Shown in pieces: positions 61,521 through 64,000 of a stretch of 64,000 nucleotides of DNA (its first letter is position 1; each line of letters opens with the position of its first letter). The notes beneath the pieces were generated by a model, which made no database searches, was not told the DNA's origin, and worked only from the letters and a program-made list of their open reading frames with translations. The position numbers and the translations under genes were made by a program. Origin of the DNA: a bacterium (GTDB lineage Bacteria > UBA8248); the NCBI GenBank assembly GCA_965261085.1, contig OZ253442.1:3424001-3488000 (forward strand), read 5' to 3'.

Positions 61521-62025
61521 CGAAAAGCGTCCCTTGGCTCAACTCGGGAAAGTACTCCGCCCAATTCGTTACGCCCACATCCTTGAAGAAAACGACAAGA
61601 GCATTTTCAAACGTGCTGTATCTATCCGTAATTTCTCTATGCCTTACTTGTGGCTGAAGACTGCCGGATTGTAATTCTTCAGCCGTTATATGGTGTATAT
61701 GCGGTTTGTCGTAATGGCCGTCTTCGTCGCGGCTGCTCTCACCATGCGGGCCATTGTAACGAATAAGTGTTACAGACCCCAAGTCCTTGTTTTTGGTTTG
61801 ATAACACAGGCCAACGGAATAGTTCTCAATGAATTGGATGTTCTGACGGATAAAAACGGAGAAACGCTCTTTTTCCGCGCCAACGCTTTCCAAAGTCAAA
61901 GAACAGCGTCGAGAACCGTTTTCATCCTTATACCCTCTTGCAGGTGACTTGTTGGCGATCTTCTTTGGGGAAGCAGTAAGTCCCTGAATCTCAATATCTG
62001 TCAGCATTTCTGGTTTCTCACCCAA
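61507..62025 (-). CDS. Hypothetical protein (DUF6978-like)
   Basis: LIRYNGPHG, H...PHIH, ALVVFFKDVGV; coupled to the DUF1828-like gene. Confidence 0.65.
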   Translation of the reverse strand: MGEKPEMLTDIEIQGLTASPKKIANKSPARGYKDENGSRRCSLTLESVGAEKERFSVFIRQNIQFIENYSVGLCYQTKNKDLGSVTLIRYNGPHGESSRDEDGHYDKPHIHHITAEELQSGSLQPQVRHREITDRYSTFENALVVFFKDVGVTNWAEYFPELSQGTLFDGHQ

Positions 62026-62099
62026 CCCTTAAGCGGTAAGGTTTTATATAGTGTTAACGGACCCCTTGAAGCGTTACGAGAGCGTTCGCTCTCCCTCAC

Positions 62100-63080
62100 C
62101 TACACACTCACCCCCAACGCCTTTTTCGCGGCGTCGACGACGTTGCCCGTGTTGGGGAGCACGAAATCCTCGAGGCGGGGCTCGAAGGGAATGGGCGCAT
62201 CGAGGGCGGCCACGCGGCCGATGGGGGCGTCGAGGTAATCGAAGGCTTCCTCCTGAATCGCCGCGGATATTTCAGAACCCACGCCGCTTCTCAGGTGGCC
62301 TTCCTCGACGATGATGCAGCGGTTCGTCTTGCGGACGGATTCGGCGAGCGTGGCGGTATCGAGCGGGGCCAGCGTCCTGGGGTCCATCACTTCGGCGCTG
62401 ATGCCCTCTTTCGCGAGTTCATCCGCCGCCGCCAGGCAGTTGTGCACCTGATAGCCCACGCCGATGAGGGTGATGTCGCTCCCCTCGCGCTTCACGGCGG
62501 CTTGGCCGAAGGGGGTCAGGTGCTCGCCCTCGGGAACGGGGCCCTTTATCTTGTAGAGCATCTTGTGCTCCACCATGAGCACGGGGTTGTCGTCCCGGAT
62601 CGCGGTGCACATGAGGCCCTTGGCATCCGCGGGGTCGCTCGGTACGGCCACCTTGATGCCCGGTATCTGCATGAACCAGGCTTCCAGGCACTGGCTGTGC
62701 GTGGGGCCGTACTGCACGCCGCCGCCGCCGGGGGTGCGCACGACGAGCGGCACGCTCAACTGCCCGCCCAGCATGTAGCGCAGCTTGGCCGCCTGGTTGA
62801 TGAGCGGGTCCATCGCCAGCATGATGAAGTCCATGAACATGATCTCGACGATGGGCCGGTAGCCCGCCATGGCGGCGCCTACGCCCGCGCCCACGATACC
62901 GAGTTCGCTGATGGGGGTATCGCGCACGCGATCCCTGCCGAACTTATCGGCCAGCCCCTTCGTGACGCCGAAGACATAGGCCAGCTCCACGTCCTCGCCC
63001 ATGACGATGACGCGCTCATCGCGCTCCATCTCCTCGTGATGGGCTTCGGTCAACGCATCCACAAAAGTAATCTCTCGCAT
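62100..63080 (-). CDS. pdhB: Pyruvate/acetoin dehydrogenase E1 beta subunit
   Basis: MGEDV, RVRDTPISE, RPIVEIMFMDF, THSQ, AKGL, FDYLDAPI; acoB not excluded. Confidence 0.88.
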   Translation of the reverse strand: MREITFVDALTEAHHEEMERDERVIVMGEDVELAYVFGVTKGLADKFGRDRVRDTPISELGIVGAGVGAAMAGYRPIVEIMFMDFIMLAMDPLINQAAKLRYMLGGQLSVPLVVRTPGGGGVQYGPTHSQCLEAWFMQIPGIKVAVPSDPADAKGLMCTAIRDDNPVLMVEHKMLYKIKGPVPEGEHLTPFGQAAVKREGSDITLIGVGYQVHNCLAAADELAKEGISAEVMDPRTLAPLDTATLAESVRKTNRCIIVEEGHLRSGVGSEISAAIQEEAFDYLDAPIGRVAALDAPIPFEPRLEDFVLPNTGNVVDAAKKALGVSV

Positions 63081-63134
63081 GTCGCCTCTCTCCAAAGTTT
63101 TCACCGGGCGCGCAGCACCAGGGGAAGGGATTTC

Positions 63135-64000
63135 TTAAGCGTATACGTCCTCGAGTGCGGATTCGAGCGTCGCCTCCGGGCTTTGCTCCGCAAACGCGAT
63201 GGCGTCGTTCAACTCATCGTCCACGGCTTTTAAGTGCGCCTTTTTCTGCGCTTCCGTGAGTTTGAGCATTCCCGCCGCGAGCGTCAGCGGATCGCGCTTT
63301 CTCCACCCGTCCACCTCTTCTTTCGTGCGGTAGGGTCCGTACTGGGGGTCGCCGCGCGAGTGGCCGAAGAAGCGGTAGGTCTTCGCCTCGATCAAACTGG
63401 GACCGCCTCCATCGCGCGCCCTGCGGACGGCCTCGGCCGTCGCCTCGTAGACGGCCACCACGTCCATGCCGTCCACCGTCACGCCGGGCGCGTTGTAGCC
63501 CTGCGCGCGCACGCTGATGTCCTTGACGGACGTGGAGCGCTCCACGTGGTAGCTCACCGCGTAGTGGTTGTTCTCACAGAAGAATATGACCGGCAGCTTC
63601 CAGATGGCGCACAGGTTCATCGACTCATGAAAGCTGCCCTGGTTCGACGCGCCGTCCCCGAAGAAGACCACGGCCACCCGGCCCGTTCCTTCCAACTGAT
63701 AGGCGAGACCCATGCCCGTGGCCATCGGCATGTTCGCCCCCACGATGGAGTGCGCGCCGTAGTGGCCCTTGGAGATATCGGCGATGTGCATGGAGCCCCC
63801 GCGCGCCTTGCAAAGCCCGGTGGACTTGCCGAGCAGTTCCGCCATCATCTCGGGCATCCGCGTGCCCTTGGCGATGGAGTGTCCGTGGCCCCGGTGGGTG
63901 GTGAGGATGGCGTCCTCATTGTTCAAGGCCGTGCAGACGCCGACCGAGCACGCCTCCTGCCCGATGCTCACGTGAACCGCCCCCTTCACGTGGCCCGCCA
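63135..64000 (-). CDS. pdhA: Pyruvate/acetoin dehydrogenase E1 alpha subunit (5' end outside the window)
   Basis: GQEA, THRGHGH, GGSMH, GDGASNQG TPP motif, ENNHY, TYRFFGHS; acoA not excluded. Confidence 0.88.
   Translation of the reverse strand, partial: AGHVKGAVHVSIGQEACSVGVCTALNNEDAILTTHRGHGHSIAKGTRMPEMMAELLGKSTGLCKARGGSMHIADISKGHYGAHSIVGANMPMATGMGLAYQLEGTGRVAVVFFGDGASNQGSFHESMNLCAIWKLPVIFFCENNHYAVSYHVERSTSVKDISVRAQGYNAPGVTVDGMDVVAVYEATAEAVRRARDGGGPSLIEAKTYRFFGHSRGDPQYGPYRTKEEVDGWRKRDPLTLAAGMLKLTEAQKKAHLKAVDDELNDAIAFAEQSPEATLESALEDVYA

Noticed and set aside
62084-62105. 17/22 match to the tRNA-Ala 3' end (gttcg....ccctcacct.cac) as a possible attR of a 17-kb island
   Set aside because: It overlaps the pdhB stop codon and a gagagc/gctctc hairpin that explain the sequence; no integrase is present and the interval contains queF
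26068-64000. lpdA and pdhAB as one operon split by a 35-kb insertion
   Set aside because: The interval holds core genes (nrdJ, tRNA, queF), no E2 gene or junction repeats are visible, and lpdA has its own RBS and upstream region

Overview
Chromosomal window from a GC-rich bacterium, with most genes on the minus strand. Core and metabolic genes: trpF-trpB-trpA(partial), a Liv-type ABC transporter with two tandem binding proteins, moaD-moaE, a MidA-family methyltransferase, recJ, dacB, a Dpp/Opp-type transporter, a B12-binding mutase small subunit, a FadF-type membrane Fe-S oxidoreductase, an acyl-CoA dehydrogenase, a class IV aminotransferase, lpdA, class II ribonucleotide reductase nrdJ (NrdR and DnaA boxes upstream), tRNA-Ala(CGC), queF, an orphan xanthine-dehydrogenase-family large subunit, an RND pair and pdhA/pdhB-type E1 genes. 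Accessory material: a toxin-antitoxin hotspot with a pentapeptide-repeat membrane protein (27.6-31.2 kb), a hydantoinase/oxoprolinase plus CUT1 ABC cassette bracketed by diverged direct repeats, an IS1182-family element, REP/REPIN-like palindromes and an AT-richer three-gene defence-like cassette (59.9-62.0 kb). Main observations not shown by the ORF track: (1) a tandem array of three covarying two-hairpin RNA modules with an invariant 22-nt core between nrdJ and tRNA-Ala; (2) two probable selenoproteins split at in-frame TGA (peroxiredoxin-like UxxC, AhpD/CMD-like CxxU) whose SECIS-like hairpins have the same geometry; (3) several intergenic repeat families and an att-like duplication of the lpdA 3' end. 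Family assignments come from recognised motifs only; no database searches were run.
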